Source: an uncultured Gammaproteobacteria bacterium
Lineage (GTDB): Bacteria > Pseudomonadota > Gammaproteobacteria > JACCXJ01
Length of the DNA: 64,000 nt
Direction: 5' to 3'
NCBI GenBank assembly: GCA_963764725.1
Contig: CAVXTM010000005.1
Span: forward strand, 64,001 to 128,000
Numbering within the stretch: position 1 is the stretch's first letter; each line of letters begins with the position of its first letter. A program made the position numbers and the translations under genes. The notes beneath the pieces were generated by a model, which ran no database searches, was not told where the DNA came from, and saw nothing but the letters and a program-made list of their open reading frames with translations. Positions 32,523 through 44,202 of the stretch are shown here, in pieces.

Positions 32523-33551
32523 CTACCAGACCATGCAGAGCAGGATGAGCAGGAAGAACAGCGCCGGAAGACCCAGGCCGGCGAGGCGGTTGAGACGCGT
32601 CGCCCGCTCGGGCTGGTGGCGGAGCAGCGTGGCCTGCACGGTGCTGACCAGCACGCCCAGCCCGATGCAGAGGTAGGTGACCAGGAACGCCCAGCCGATC
32701 ACGGTAAGGTAGGAGATCTGCGGCAGGTTGAAGCTGATCGCGAACTGGGTGGCGATGCAGGCCAGCAGCGCCGCCAGGCTGATGCCAATGCGATCCGAGA
32801 AGGCCTCGATGTCGACGACGAAGATGGTGCACGAGATCAAGAAGATCAGGATCACCGGCGTGAAGACCGTCCAGAGATAGAACGCTGCCTGCCGTTCCAC
32901 CTCGATCAAGGCGGCGAACTCGGAATACGATTCCACGGCGGTCCAGCCCGTGAGCTCGCGCTGCCGCACCTCAGTGGATACCCGGGTTACCGCAAGGCCT
33001 TCGAACGTGTTGTCGGGATTTAAGCCGATGCGTGTCGGGTCGGACACTAACACCATCTGGTCGTCCGTCCAGATGAACGATTGGATGCGCACCGCGAGCG
33101 TCTGGCGATCGAAGGGGAACCGGCGCAGGTCCAGGTCCGCCCGGAACGCCGCCGTCACGCCCAGCTCGTAGCGCACTGACCCGTCGGGCGAGATGTCTAG
33201 CGCGCGGTTCGTCACCTCGGGTTGCGCCGTATTGACGAACTCGAGCTGCGGCCACCACATCATCTTCAGCTGGTCGACGGCGGCATCCTCCAGGAAGCGC
33301 TTCGGCTCGGTTCCGGCGAAGGCGAGCCGCGCGTCGTGCCAGCGGACGCTCAGGTACAGATCGGCGTCGAACGTCTCGCTGCGCTCGGCCACCCCCGACA
33401 GGTTGGCGAGGAAGAACCCGACGGCGACCTGGACCGGCCGGGTACCTGGCGGCAGCGACGGCTCGTCGGCGCCCGCCGCGCCCGGGAGCGACAGGAGCGC
33501 GACGATGCAGAAGGGGAGCACGGCCGAGCCGTGTAGCGCGCGGCGGGGCAC
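32523..33551 (-). CDS. Prokaryotic pentameric ligand-gated ion channel (GLIC/ELIC-like)
   Basis: Signal peptide, WHDARL, WWPQLEFVN, DGSVRY, Pro-loop LRRFPFDRQ, four TM helices, M2-M3 LPQISYLT. Start approximate. Confidence 0.9.
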   Translation of the reverse strand: MPRRALHGSAVLPFCIVALLSLPGAAGADEPSLPPGTRPVQVAVGFFLANLSGVAERSETFDADLYLSVRWHDARLAFAGTEPKRFLEDAAVDQLKMMWWPQLEFVNTAQPEVTNRALDISPDGSVRYELGVTAAFRADLDLRRFPFDRQTLAVRIQSFIWTDDQMVLVSDPTRIGLNPDNTFEGLAVTRVSTEVRQRELTGWTAVESYSEFAALIEVERQAAFYLWTVFTPVILIFLISCTIFVVDIEAFSDRIGISLAALLACIATQFAISFNLPQISYLTVIGWAFLVTYLCIGLGVLVSTVQATLLRHQPERATRLNRLAGLGLPALFFLLILLCMVW

Positions 33552-34184
33552 GAAGTCGAACGGCGCGCGATCCTGGACGGCGGTCCTGGATTTCGGCGGC
33601 CGCACCGTCGGGCGCCCTGCCCGCTGTCCACGGTGGTGGACGCGCCGTCCGCTTCGCTCGACTCCGCGTGCTACTAGATCGCTTTGTCGAGCCAGACGTT
33701 TCAAGGCGCACCATGAATGCCTGCCCGGGGCGCCTTTGCCGCGCGCAAGCGTGATATCCATTTGTTAAAACTTGAAGGTGTTCCCCTCGCCCGATCGATC
33801 GGCCGCGACAGACCGGTAGTGGCCGAGGACATCGACGATGAAGGCCGGCCTTTCGGCGTCGAGCAAGAACCGCGTCCATTCGACGAAGGTCACCGAGCCG
33901 AAAGCGAGGAACGCCTGCATGACGGCGGCAGGGACACCGGTGCCAACGGTTTGCCTACACCATACGGCATTTCCAGGGGATGCGTATAGACACGAATTGC
34001 GATTGGTTTGCATGGCCAGGAAATACAGCCGACTCGGCGAGTAGAGCGGGAATAGGGAGGAATAGGGATTTCTTCAGAGCATCGCCAAGCCTGTCAAACA
34101 TGCTCCCTTCATGCGCAACTCCGGCATCAATAAGCTCGCCGCCTAGCAATCACCGTTGCCACCCGCGAAGCAGATTGTCGGCGA

Positions 34185-34487
34185 TTACGGCTGGAACTTC
34201 GTCGCGGAATCTCCCCGCTCGTCGGCGATCTCGCCACCCTGCGGGCGACCGCCTAACGCCTCATCGGTAGGACGCGCCGCAGCCGTGTCCGTTGCCTCCG
34301 GGACGGCTTGCTCCGCCGCTGTGTAACGCGGGGCCGTTGCCGTGGTTGGTGGGGCCGCCGGCGTGCCCTTCTTGCCGCCCCAACGGTCCCATTGGTCGCG
34401 TAGCCGCGCGCGGCGCTGTCTCCCGGAAACCGGATCGAAAAAATACATCAGTGCGGCGCCTAAGGCCATCATTATAATTTCACTCAT
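34185..34487 (-). CDS. Small membrane-anchored hypothetical protein (YtxH/BON-protein-like N-terminus)
   Basis: LGAALMYFFDPVSGRQRRARLRDQ. Confidence 0.65.
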   Translation of the reverse strand: MSEIIMMALGAALMYFFDPVSGRQRRARLRDQWDRWGGKKGTPAAPPTTATAPRYTAAEQAVPEATDTAAARPTDEALGGRPQGGEIADERGDSATKFQP

Positions 34488-34680
34488 CGTGTCTTCCCCC
34501 TTTGGTCGCGATTACAACGTTTATCGACTATGTGCGAAGGACGCATCTGTGAGATTAGCATTGTACACTTATCGTTGCCACCTTTTTCCGTACCGACTTG
34601 CCGCTTTACCTCCGATGGAACAGCGCGAGCGAGCACCTCGCCATCGCATCGCGCTTGGGCGCGCACCGTTCGGAAGATGC

Positions 34681-34866
34681 TCAGTTCAGAAGATAGTTAT
34701 CCTCGTTGTCTTCACCGACGGTATATTGATAGCACTCACGTAGCGGGGCGATGATGTCGGAGTCCGCTTCCGCCGGGTCGTCGCCCCACCGCTTCAGTTT
34801 CCGTATCGCCAGACGTAGCTGTAGCCGCTGGCGCTTTATTTTATCTGTATGTATGTCTAGTTTCAT
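34681..34866 (-). CDS. Small hypothetical protein
   Basis: 61 aa ORF co-oriented directly after chaB; no family recognised. Confidence 0.4.
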   Translation of the reverse strand: MKLDIHTDKIKRQRLQLRLAIRKLKRWGDDPAEADSDIIAPLRECYQYTVGEDNEDNYLLN

Positions 34867-34902
34867 CGCGGTCTTCTACTGCATTGTGCGTAGCCTCAGA
34901 AG

Positions 34903-35184
34903 CTAGCTGGAGATCTTTTCCTTGTCCATGTGTTCGATTATCGGTGCTCGCCGCCAGCAGCCTTGCTCATCCTTCTCATACTCCATCCCGACCGCGAATA
35001 GAGCCGCCTGATGGGCAGTCGCTGCTATCGCTTGATCGTCGTAGAGATCTTCCGAGGCCACGCAAACCTCGTAAGCGCGATTATAGGCAGCCTGGTAGAT
35101 CTCTTGCGCGCGTCGAGGAAACTCGTGCCGGAGAGATCCAGGGAGATCGGACAGTTCTTTGTAGCTCATTGCAGGCCTCGCCAT
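34903..35184 (-). CDS. chaB: ChaB-family protein
   Basis: YKELSDLPGSLRHEFPRRAQEIYQAAYN...AHQAA.FAV..EYEK...W. Confidence 0.8.
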   Translation of the reverse strand: MARPAMSYKELSDLPGSLRHEFPRRAQEIYQAAYNRAYEVCVASEDLYDDQAIAATAHQAALFAVGMEYEKDEQGCWRRAPIIEHMDKEKISS

Positions 35185-35599
35185 GATCTGCACCTCCTAT
35201 CTCGACCCTCGGGTTGTCGCGCGCATAGCCATACGCAAACTTGGGCAACCCAAGTGCCAAGCATCTCGCATTGATGTTAAGGCTTTCGTTTTAAGCACTT
35301 AAATGCTCTCCTTATCGTTAATGACCTTCTCTGACGCAGCGCGCCGGTAATAACTACCGGTGACGATGGGAAGTTTTTACCGAAAAGGCGCGCCCAGAAG
35401 GGGTGCCGGACGACTGGGCGGCAGTCTTAATATCTCACTCATCTTGGGGCTAGGTATTGCGTGCGGGTATGCGGGCCTCCGTGCTCGCCGAGTCCGTGTA
35501 AAGATGCGCTCGGGTTTTCGGATCTCGCTATCGAACTGCGAGAGGTTGATTTCAGCGGCCGGCGTACTCACTTTGACTTGCGGCGTATTGGTGCGTGCA

Positions 35600-36472
35600 T
35601 CAGAAATCCACGGCGGCGGCGTCGAAGACCGGCCCATCGACGCAGACCCGCTTCATCGCCGGGCCGTTTGCTGTGTTGATGCGAACGTTACAGCCTGCGC
35701 ACCCGCCGACGGCGCAGGCCATGTACTCCTCGAGCGATACTTGACAAGGAAGCTGATACTCGCGGACCAGCGCGATCACGGAGCGCAGCATCGCGGTTGG
35801 TCCGCAGGCGAAGACCTCGACGTCCGCGCGCTGGCTGGCATCGAGAGCGTCGAGCCAGTGGCGAGCGAGATCGGTGATATAGCCCTCGAAGCAACCGGGC
35901 AGGCTGTTTAGGCTCGCCAAACGGCTTGGGAAACCCCAATCCTCCATGAGCGGCATTGCCGCGATCACCTCCGCCGGTATTCCCGAAAGCAGGAACTGCG
36001 ACGGACGCGGCCGAAACGGAAACGGGACCTCGGACCCCATTAGGATAAGCGGCTTGACGCGAGCTCCTTGATCCTTCATGTGCTCGCTCAAGAAAATCAT
36101 GGGCGGGATCCCCACACCCCCTCCGATCAGCAGCGGCCGCGGGCGATAGCCGCTCAATTTGAACGGGACGCCGATCGGGCCCACGAGGTTCAGGACATCG
36201 CCGGGGCGCTTCTTCGCCAGCAGCTCGGTCCCAAGGCCGTGGATCTTGTACAGGATATCGATCTGTCCCTGGCGCCGATCGACCCGCATGATGGACATGG
36301 GACGCCGCATCAGGATCGTCGGATCACACTGGATGTGAACGAAGTTGCCCGGTTGCGCGTGGGCGGCGGTTTGCGGCGATAAAAGCCTCAATACGTGCTG
36401 ATCACCCGCGTGCGTCTCGTGGCTGAGGACTTCGACGTCTTCGACGAATAGCGTTCCCCGTGTAGCGTTCAT
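35600..36472 (-). CDS. pyrK: Dihydroorotate dehydrogenase electron transfer subunit
   Basis: RRPMSI, GGGVGIPP, CGP, EEYMACAVGGCAGC, RVCVDGPVF. Confidence 0.88.
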   Translation of the reverse strand: MNATRGTLFVEDVEVLSHETHAGDQHVLRLLSPQTAAHAQPGNFVHIQCDPTILMRRPMSIMRVDRRQGQIDILYKIHGLGTELLAKKRPGDVLNLVGPIGVPFKLSGYRPRPLLIGGGVGIPPMIFLSEHMKDQGARVKPLILMGSEVPFPFRPRPSQFLLSGIPAEVIAAMPLMEDWGFPSRLASLNSLPGCFEGYITDLARHWLDALDASQRADVEVFACGPTAMLRSVIALVREYQLPCQVSLEEYMACAVGGCAGCNVRINTANGPAMKRVCVDGPVFDAAAVDF

Positions 36473-37749
36473 CGGCTGGCTTCCGTGTGCACGAGCTTTC
36501 CACCGAAGAGAGTGTGCACGACCTTGCCCTTGAAATCCCACCCCTTGAAGGGCGTATTCTTACCGGCGCTGGCGATGTTCTCGTCGTTCAATGTCCAGTG
36601 CGCATCGGGGTCAAAGATGCAAATATCGGCGCTCGCGCCGACGCGCAGCGTCCCCGCATCGATCCCGAGAATACGCGCGGGATGGCAGGTGATTGCGGCC
36701 AGCGCTCGGGAAAGGTTCAAAACCTTGTCCTCCACCAAGGCCAGTGTCAAGGGCAACAACGACTGGAGCGCCGAAATACCGGGCTCGGTTGCCTCGAACG
36801 GGGTATCTTTTGCATCCCGATCGTGAGGCTGGTGATCCGAACAGATAGCGCTGATCACGCTGTCCTTGAGCCCCTCGCGGAGGCCATCGCGATCGCGCGG
36901 GGATCGCAGCGGCGGACGCACGTGACATCTGCTGTCGTAGTCGCCCACATCGACATCGATCAGATGCAAGTGGTGCGCGCTCACATCCGCGCTGATCCGC
37001 AGACCCCGGTCGCTGGCGGCTTTGATGATTTCAACAGAGCGCCGCGCCGATAGGCGGCAGAAGTGGGCGCGTGCGCCCGTTTGTTCGAGCAGCAGGAGAT
37101 CGCGGCTGAGCGCGATCGTCTCCGCGGTTTCCGGAACCGCCGGTAAACCGAGCCGCGTGCTGATCGGCCCTTCGTGCATTACCCCTTGTGAGAGCCACGG
37201 GTCCTCCGGGTGCAGGAACAGGGTTAAATCACAGGTCGCGGCGTATTCCATCGCACGCCGCAGGACCTCGGTATTGGCGATGGGCGACAAGGCATTGCTC
37301 ACCCCGGCGCAGCCGATTCTCTTGAGCGCGTGCATCTCGGCCAATTGTTCCGCCTTGAGCCCGCGGGTGAGCGCCCCGAGGCAAACCACGCGTGCGCGGC
37401 CGCTTTGCTCGGCGCGCTGGTGAATCAGCTCGGCCACCGCGGGCGTATCGATGACGGGATCGGTGTCGGGAGGACAGCAGAGGGTCGTGATACCCGCCAT
37501 CGCCGCCGCGCGGGTCTCCGTGGCGATCGTCGCCTTGTGTTCTTCGCCGGGCTCCCGAAGCCTGGCGCTAAGATCGACCAAACCGGGGCACACGATGAGA
37601 CCGCGCACATCGATCTCGCGCTCGACGGTAAACCCCTCGGGCAGATCGCCTATCGCGACGATCCGTCCCGCGGCGACATAGAGATCGTGGATTCCATCGA
37701 GATTCTGGGCCGGGTCGAGGATGCGGCCGCCTGTAATCCGCAGCCGCAT
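36469..37749 (-). CDS. pyrC: Dihydroorotase-like protein, probably the inactive PyrC' subunit of ATCase
   Basis: Amidohydrolase fold; PGLVDLSARLREPG lacks the HxH zinc ligands; adjacent to pyrB. Confidence 0.85.
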   Translation of the reverse strand: MRLRITGGRILDPAQNLDGIHDLYVAAGRIVAIGDLPEGFTVEREIDVRGLIVCPGLVDLSARLREPGEEHKATIATETRAAAMAGITTLCCPPDTDPVIDTPAVAELIHQRAEQSGRARVVCLGALTRGLKAEQLAEMHALKRIGCAGVSNALSPIANTEVLRRAMEYAATCDLTLFLHPEDPWLSQGVMHEGPISTRLGLPAVPETAETIALSRDLLLLEQTGARAHFCRLSARRSVEIIKAASDRGLRISADVSAHHLHLIDVDVGDYDSRCHVRPPLRSPRDRDGLREGLKDSVISAICSDHQPHDRDAKDTPFEATEPGISALQSLLPLTLALVEDKVLNLSRALAAITCHPARILGIDAGTLRVGASADICIFDPDAHWTLNDENIASAGKNTPFKGWDFKGKVVHTLFGGKLVHTEASR

Positions 37750-37750
37750 C

Positions 37751-38724
<974 letters not shown>

Positions 38725-38728
<4 letters not shown>

Positions 38729-39231
38729 GCGGCTCTTTGGACTACCAGCGACAGCGGGTCCGGGCCAATGAGCTTGACGTGCTGTCCGGCGGGCAGATCC
38801 ATCGTCGTGCCAGCGACATCGGGTTGCATCGGAAGCTCCCGCCCGCTGCGATCGACCAAGACAACAAGCATCACGCTCGCCGGACGGCCATAATCGAAGA
38901 TCTCATTTAGCGCCGCCCGAACCGTGCGCCCGGTAAACAGCACATCATCGACGAGTACGATGTGCCGCCCGTCCACATCGAAGGGCAGGGTCGAGGGCCG
39001 TACGCTGGGATGCATTCCGATATGGCTGAAGTCATCGCGATAAAACGCGATGTTGAGCTCCCCGAGCGGATCCGGCAGGCCCAAGTGGCGGTTCAAACGT
39101 TCGGCCACCCAGACCCCGCCTGTATGGATCCCGACCAGCGCGGCTCCGGGCCGCATCCGGGGTTTGAGGTCCACCGCTATCCGGGTGATTAGATCCAGGA
39201 CTTCAGAATGAGCAATCGCGGTTTTCAACAC
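38725..39231 (-). CDS. pyrR: PyrR regulator/uracil phosphoribosyltransferase
   Basis: [28 protein letters not shown]. Confidence 0.95.
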
Positions 39232-39664
39232 GTGGGCCCTTCCAGCTCTCCGAGTGCGGCGCGGGATCGGCGAACCACGTCTCCAGAATCACTTGCGCCG
39301 CGATCGCATCCACCGGGCCGCGCTTCCTCTCCGGCTCCCGGGAACGGGCCTCGTAAGACGACAGCCGCTCGTCCACCGTATAAACCGGCAGGCCAAAACG
39401 GCCCGCGAGCTGGCCCGCGAACCGCAACGCCGCTGGCGCGAGCGTGTGCTCGCTGCCGTCCATGTTGACGGGCATACCTACCACGATCGCACCGGGCGTC
39501 CAGACGTCGATCAAAGCGTTAATCGCGGACCAATCCGGCCGGCCATCCGAGGCGCGTACCGTTGCGAGCGGATTGGCCGTGCGGGTGATGGTCTGTCCCA
39601 CCGCCACACCGATGCGCTTGGTGCCAAAATCAAAGCCGAGCACGCTGCTCGAGGCGGCATTCAT
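39203..39664 (-). CDS. ruvX: Putative pre-16S rRNA nuclease / Holliday junction resolvase-like YqgF
   Basis: [31 protein letters not shown]. Confidence 0.95.
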   Translation of the reverse strand: MNAASSSVLGFDFGTKRIGVAVGQTITRTANPLATVRASDGRPDWSAINALIDVWTPGAIVVGMPVNMDGSEHTLAPAALRFAGQLAGRFGLPVYTVDERLSSYEARSREPERKRGPVDAIAAQVILETWFADPAPHSESWKGPRVENRDCSF

Positions 39665-40221
39665 GCGTGGCCCGCATCCGGCGCTAGCCGGTCGATATCG
39701 ACACCGATCAAGGCGGCTGCCGACTCCCAGCGCCGTTCGGGCGCTATTTCAAACAAGATCTCCTGATTGGCGGGGCCGTTCAGCCAGGCGTTTTCCGCCA
39801 TCTCGCGCTCCAGTTGCCCGGCGCCCCAACCGGCATATCCGAGAGCAACCAACGCTTGCTGCGGCCCGTTGCCGTGGCAGATGGCCTCGAGGATATCCCG
39901 AGAGGTCGCGACTCCACACTCATCGCTGACCTTGATCATGGATTCCCAGTGACTCAGCGGTTGATAGATGATAAAACCGCGCTCGCGATGAACGGGTCCT
40001 CCTTGAAACACCGGTAGATCACTGATTTTGGGGTTCGTGGGCACAAGCTCCATTTGTGTGAGCACGTCGCCCAAATTAATGTTAGTTGGGCGATTTATTA
40101 TAATGCCCATCGCGCCTTCATCGCTGTGGGCGCACACGTAGGTCACAGTTTTATGGAAGTTAGGATCCGCAAGACCGGGCATGGCGATGAGAAGTTGGTT
40201 GGTGAGAATGAACGAGTTCAT
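39661..40221 (-). CDS. yqgE: YqgE/AlgH family protein
   Basis: LIAMP.L.DPNF, GGPV, LGYAGWGAGQLE.E...N.WL, final AGHA. Confidence 0.95.
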   Translation of the reverse strand: MNSFILTNQLLIAMPGLADPNFHKTVTYVCAHSDEGAMGIIINRPTNINLGDVLTQMELVPTNPKISDLPVFQGGPVHRERGFIIYQPLSHWESMIKVSDECGVATSRDILEAICHGNGPQQALVALGYAGWGAGQLEREMAENAWLNGPANQEILFEIAPERRWESAAALIGVDIDRLAPDAGHA

Positions 40222-40626
40222 AGGTCCTAGTATCCGTGAGGGGATCGCAAAGTCAAGGGTTATCCTGAAAGCCGTTGGTATCGTCGATAAACGCGATGTA
40301 AGATGGTTATATCGTTTACGCTATGAGCGGGCGGCCGGTGTGGCCGGCCGATGGATTCATGGAACCCTGGATTCCTATTCTCTGGTTTCTCTATCACCTT
40401 GCGGTCATCGCTTATTTTCAACTGCGCTTGCACGGCGAGGAGCGAGACCGGAAACGAAAACGGCAAGCGCGACGGGACCGGTTGCTGGCGCTCGGCTTCG
40501 GGACTCGCGAGTCCCCGAAACCGCGCGATGAGATCGTGATGCTCGCGTGACCGTGTCTCACGGCCTAGGCACTCTCGCGCCGGAACGCAATCCCGGAGCT
40601 GGGTATGCCTGATTCGAAAGACCTTT

Positions 40627-40911
40627 TTACTCTTGCGCCTTGCCGTAGGAATGATGAAGGTAGGTGACGATTCCCGGTACCTCCCCCGGGGGGATGGGCG
40701 CCCCCATCACGTCGATCATCTTATTCACGCTCTTTTCCCAGCCCGCTGCGTCCAGGAGGCCGGCGTTCATCTCGATATAATCGAGGCTGTGACAGGTCCG
40801 GCAATGAGTCTCGATCAGATCCTTTCCCGGGGCTTCTTGGAGCTTAAGAGTATTCTCCTCGGCGAGCGCTGCCGCCGAAAATGCGCATAGGCAGATTAAC
40901 CGGAGCGTCAT
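40627..40911 (-). CDS. sorB: Monoheme cytochrome c, SorB-like subunit of sulfite dehydrogenase
   Basis: Signal peptide, CRTCHSLDYI, W...VNKM...GAPI; follows sorA. Confidence 0.85.
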   Translation of the reverse strand: MTLRLICLCAFSAAALAEENTLKLQEAPGKDLIETHCRTCHSLDYIEMNAGLLDAAGWEKSVNKMIDVMGAPIPPGEVPGIVTYLHHSYGKAQE

Positions 40912-40915
40912 TTTA

Positions 40916-41060
40916 GGGAAGCTCTGCAAAGGTTACTGCGCAGCCCATCTGCTTTGTCGCGTGCTCGCACGTCGCTCGCCTATCTACGTGATATGTCTCG
41001 CGACTCGCTCCGCGGCTTCGCGCATCTGGGCTTGCTCGCGACACTTTTGCAGAGCTTCCC
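40916..41060. mobile_element. MITE-like 145-bp element between sorA and sorB
   Basis: 15-bp perfect terminal IR GGGAAGCTCTGCAAA / TTTGCAGAGCTTCCC; no ORF of its own. Confidence 0.7.
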
Positions 41061-41063
41061 AAG

Positions 41064-42278
41064 TTACACCACGTTAAAGCGGACGCGCTGCACCAGGTTA
41101 TGATGATAGCCGGCTGGATTCAAGATCAGCTGGCTTCCTTGCGTATCGCCGTTACGGTTGGTGGCCTTCGCCAGCAGCACGTGGTTGCCTTTCTCTAGCG
41201 GTGTAAAACGGAAACTCCAAGGCCGCCAGGAATATCGGCCGTGATCGCCGTCCAGCTCCGCCGGTGTCCAGCTTCGGCCGTCGTCTTTCGATACCTCGAC
41301 TTTCTGGATCCCGTAGCCGCCGTCCCAGGCGATTCCTTTCACCTCGATCTGCTGGTGCAACAGGAATTCATCGTGGTCTTTGACGTTCGTAAGCAGCGAA
41401 TTAACGACCAATTCGGTGACGGGCGTGTTGGCCTCGCCGGTCTGGGAGCTAAACTCGCGCGTCGCAAGGAACGCTCCTTTGGGGACGCGGTAGGCCGTGC
41501 TCATCCAGAAGCCATCGTAGGGTTTTAAGCCGACTCTGATCGACACCAGATGCTTGACCCAATAAGTGGCCGTCCAACCAGGGACCACTAGGCGAGCCGG
41601 ATAGCCGTTCCAATGTGGTAGAGGTTCCCCATTCATCTCGAAGGCGATGATGGTATCCTCGTCCAACGCCTTCCACAGCGGAAGGCTTTTGATAAAGTCC
41701 GGTGTCTTAGCGACGAGCGGCGCATCCGCACCATCGAAGGCGACTTCCAAGGCGCCGTTCCTGAAGCCGACGCGGCGCAGCACATCTGCGAGGCGCACGC
41801 CGCTCCAACGCGCGTTACCCATCGCGCCGTGACCCCATTGGACGCCCGGCGTGCGCGGCTCGAATAAGCCCCGGCGGTTTCCCGCGCACTGGTTCACGGC
41901 CGCGATCTCTACCTGTTCGAAACCGCGCAGCAACGTTTCTAAACTAAACTCCGAGACGTTCTTGACTGCATCACCCTCGACACGCAACCGCCACGACTTG
42001 CCGTCGACACGCGGAATGTTCGCGAGGTGATAGCGGACAAAAAAAGCGTCATTCGGCGTGAAGACCTCATTGAAGTAATGGACTGGCGTCTCGAAATTCG
42101 GCGGCCGGTAGGTGCGCCGGATGAGCGGCTTTTTGCCGGGAAGAAGCTCAAGAGGTGCCGTGGCGAGCGCGTCATGTTCGCCCGCGAAAGCCCGAGCGAG
42201 CCTGGGCATGAGCGCATCCCCCGCTAGCGCAAGACTGGCTCCGCCTAGACCTTTGAGGAAATCTCTCCGTTGCGGCAT
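41064..42278 (-). CDS. sorA: Sulfite oxidase-family molybdoenzyme, SorA-like (Tat-exported)
   Basis: RRDFLK Tat motif, FFVRYH, QCAGNRR (Mo-ligating Cys), NGYPARLVVPGW. Confidence 0.88.
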   Translation of the reverse strand: MPQRRDFLKGLGGASLALAGDALMPRLARAFAGEHDALATAPLELLPGKKPLIRRTYRPPNFETPVHYFNEVFTPNDAFFVRYHLANIPRVDGKSWRLRVEGDAVKNVSEFSLETLLRGFEQVEIAAVNQCAGNRRGLFEPRTPGVQWGHGAMGNARWSGVRLADVLRRVGFRNGALEVAFDGADAPLVAKTPDFIKSLPLWKALDEDTIIAFEMNGEPLPHWNGYPARLVVPGWTATYWVKHLVSIRVGLKPYDGFWMSTAYRVPKGAFLATREFSSQTGEANTPVTELVVNSLLTNVKDHDEFLLHQQIEVKGIAWDGGYGIQKVEVSKDDGRSWTPAELDGDHGRYSWRPWSFRFTPLEKGNHVLLAKATNRNGDTQGSQLILNPAGYHHNLVQRVRFNVV

Positions 42279-42849
42279 AGACGCCGCCACCCGTGTGGTT
42301 AGAAGGTATACCCTAAAGTCTAGCAAACCACTTTCGGTAGTGCTATGGATGACGCGGGCGAGATGGAGGTTCGTTAGCGCAGTCTGGCCTTAATGACACC
42401 TTTTTTTACCTACGCTCCGTTTTCCGGCGCAAACCCGAGCGTGTGAAGCCGCTGAAGTAATGCTTGCGGTGCTGCAGGAAATCGTGCGTATGGGTTTTAA
42501 TGTCACTGAAGCGATAGGCGTGCAACTCGCTCTTCTCCGCGCCTCGTCGCATCCCTCTTCGGCCATCCCAAGACCTGCGCCTATGCCGCTTGACTCGCTT
42601 TACTTACGCAAAGCTTAGTAGCTGGGAATCTTCCCCTACCGTCCCCCTACCGTGCTGTTTTTCCGGACGAATCAGGTGCGTGTGCGTGTTCAATCACACG
42701 GGATAGTGAGTCAGTGAGTCAGAAACTGTGCGCTGAGGCATGGTCGGGGCAGTGAAATGGCCTCGGGAGGCGGTGGTTTCGGTCGAAGGGGCGAAGGGCG
42801 TGAATTGAGGCCGAACGAGAATCCGGGGCGGTGGAAGAAACGTTGTCGG

Positions 42850-43760
42850 TTAGGCGGCTTCGAAAAGATCGCGTCGGCGCGTGGGTGCGCGCGGCGGTGC
42901 CCGGGCGGACAAGCCGAGATGCGCGAGGATCTGGGTAATCACGGTGGGGTCGAGGATGGCGGCGATGATCGTTAAGGCGCCGCCGCAGTTGGGGCAATGC
43001 TCCAGGTCGATATCGAATACGCTTGAGCAACCGAGCCCAGCTGATACGCGCCGAGGCTGAGGGCTGAGGTATCTCGGCCTGATCTGGCGTGGCCGCGTTG
43101 CCTCGGTGGAGGCGCTTGGGACAATGGCGGGACGCAGCTTGGCGTTGGGTGCAAGCACGCCATGGAACCTGATGAGATGTAAACGCGGACGGGGAACAAG
43201 GGCGGGGCGAGGCGCTGCATAAATTCCAGGGGCTCCATAACGAGCTGCGTGGTGCCATCGTGGTACGGTGTCTTTAACGTGAGCACCACCTGTCCGGTCG
43301 GATTGACTGACAAGCGCTCATTGGCAATGGCGGGCCTGGTGATGTAGCGGCATAACTGTTCGAGCTTGTGCCGCTGTTTGATGGCAAGCCGCGTCTCGGC
43401 ATGCAGACTAAAGCCCTGGGCGTTAACGCAGCGTTGCGCGGTGGCGGGCATCACGGGGAGTGGCGCCGCGGTGGACAATCTGCAAAACCGGCGTGAGCAC
43501 CTCCCGATGGGCGGCGAAGAGCACGCGCAGCGGGATGGGAAACGACAGCTAAATGTGCCGCGGTTTCTGCCATGCGCCGTGCCCCACAGCTCGGACAGAA
43601 GGACGCTTCTTACATGAGAACGCGACGAGCTTCTCATGGCCACAGTCGCCGCAGCGTAGGCGGAGAAAGCCGTGGGCCAGGATGCCGCATTCTAGAAAGG
43701 CCTCGAACTCGGCTTTGACGAACTCGGGCAAACCGGCCCCGGTCTCGGCTTCGACTGGGG
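42850..43760 (-). pseudogene. IS91-family transposase remnant
   Basis: EFEAFLECGILAHGFLRLRCGDC..EKLVAFSCK Zn domain; GFSLHA, LCRYITRPAIANERL; internal deletion and frameshifts. Confidence 0.85.
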
Positions 43761-43869
43761 CCAGGAGAGCCAGGCCCAGGGAGGGGCCTGTAGCGCTACG
43801 AGAATTGTGCGACGACGACTAGTACAAAAATCTACAATTAGTCTAGATAATCCCTGTAACGTATTGATT

Positions 43870-43916
43870 TGGCGCGCCCGGAGGGACTCGAACCCCCGAC
43901 CACCTGGTTCGAAGCC
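43870..43916 (-). other. 3' fragment of tRNA-Arg(TCG), probable att site of a genomic island
   Basis: Minus strand reads GGCTTCGAACCAGGTGGTCGGGGGTTCGAGTCCCTCCGGGCGCGCCA (anticodon loop, T-arm, CCA); 5' acceptor strand and D-arm absent. Confidence 0.8.
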
Positions 43917-44202
43917 GGATGTGCTAATTAGGTGTTTTATTCGAATATACAGTTAGTTACGAATGCCACTCTGTGCTATATTCGAGACTTCACCAACGAG
44001 AACTATCAATAAGTTACGTTTTCCGATATCTATTGAATAGCACAGTTGCCCAAGCGGGACGCGGGGAATCCGTGAAAGTAGGAACAGCGGTAGACCTTCG
44101 GGATACGCCGAATTCCGCCCACCCTAGCCGGCGCCCGTCTACGAGCTTAATTGTGTCACCGACCGAGTCTGCCAACGTTTCTGAGCCTGGGGCCTCTTCG
44201 GG

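Noticed and set aside
33765-34149. Small ORFs upstream of the channel gene
   Set aside because: No family motif or clear RBS; cannot be told from chance ORFs.
43870-43916. Functional tRNA gene
   Set aside because: 5' acceptor strand and D-arm are absent.
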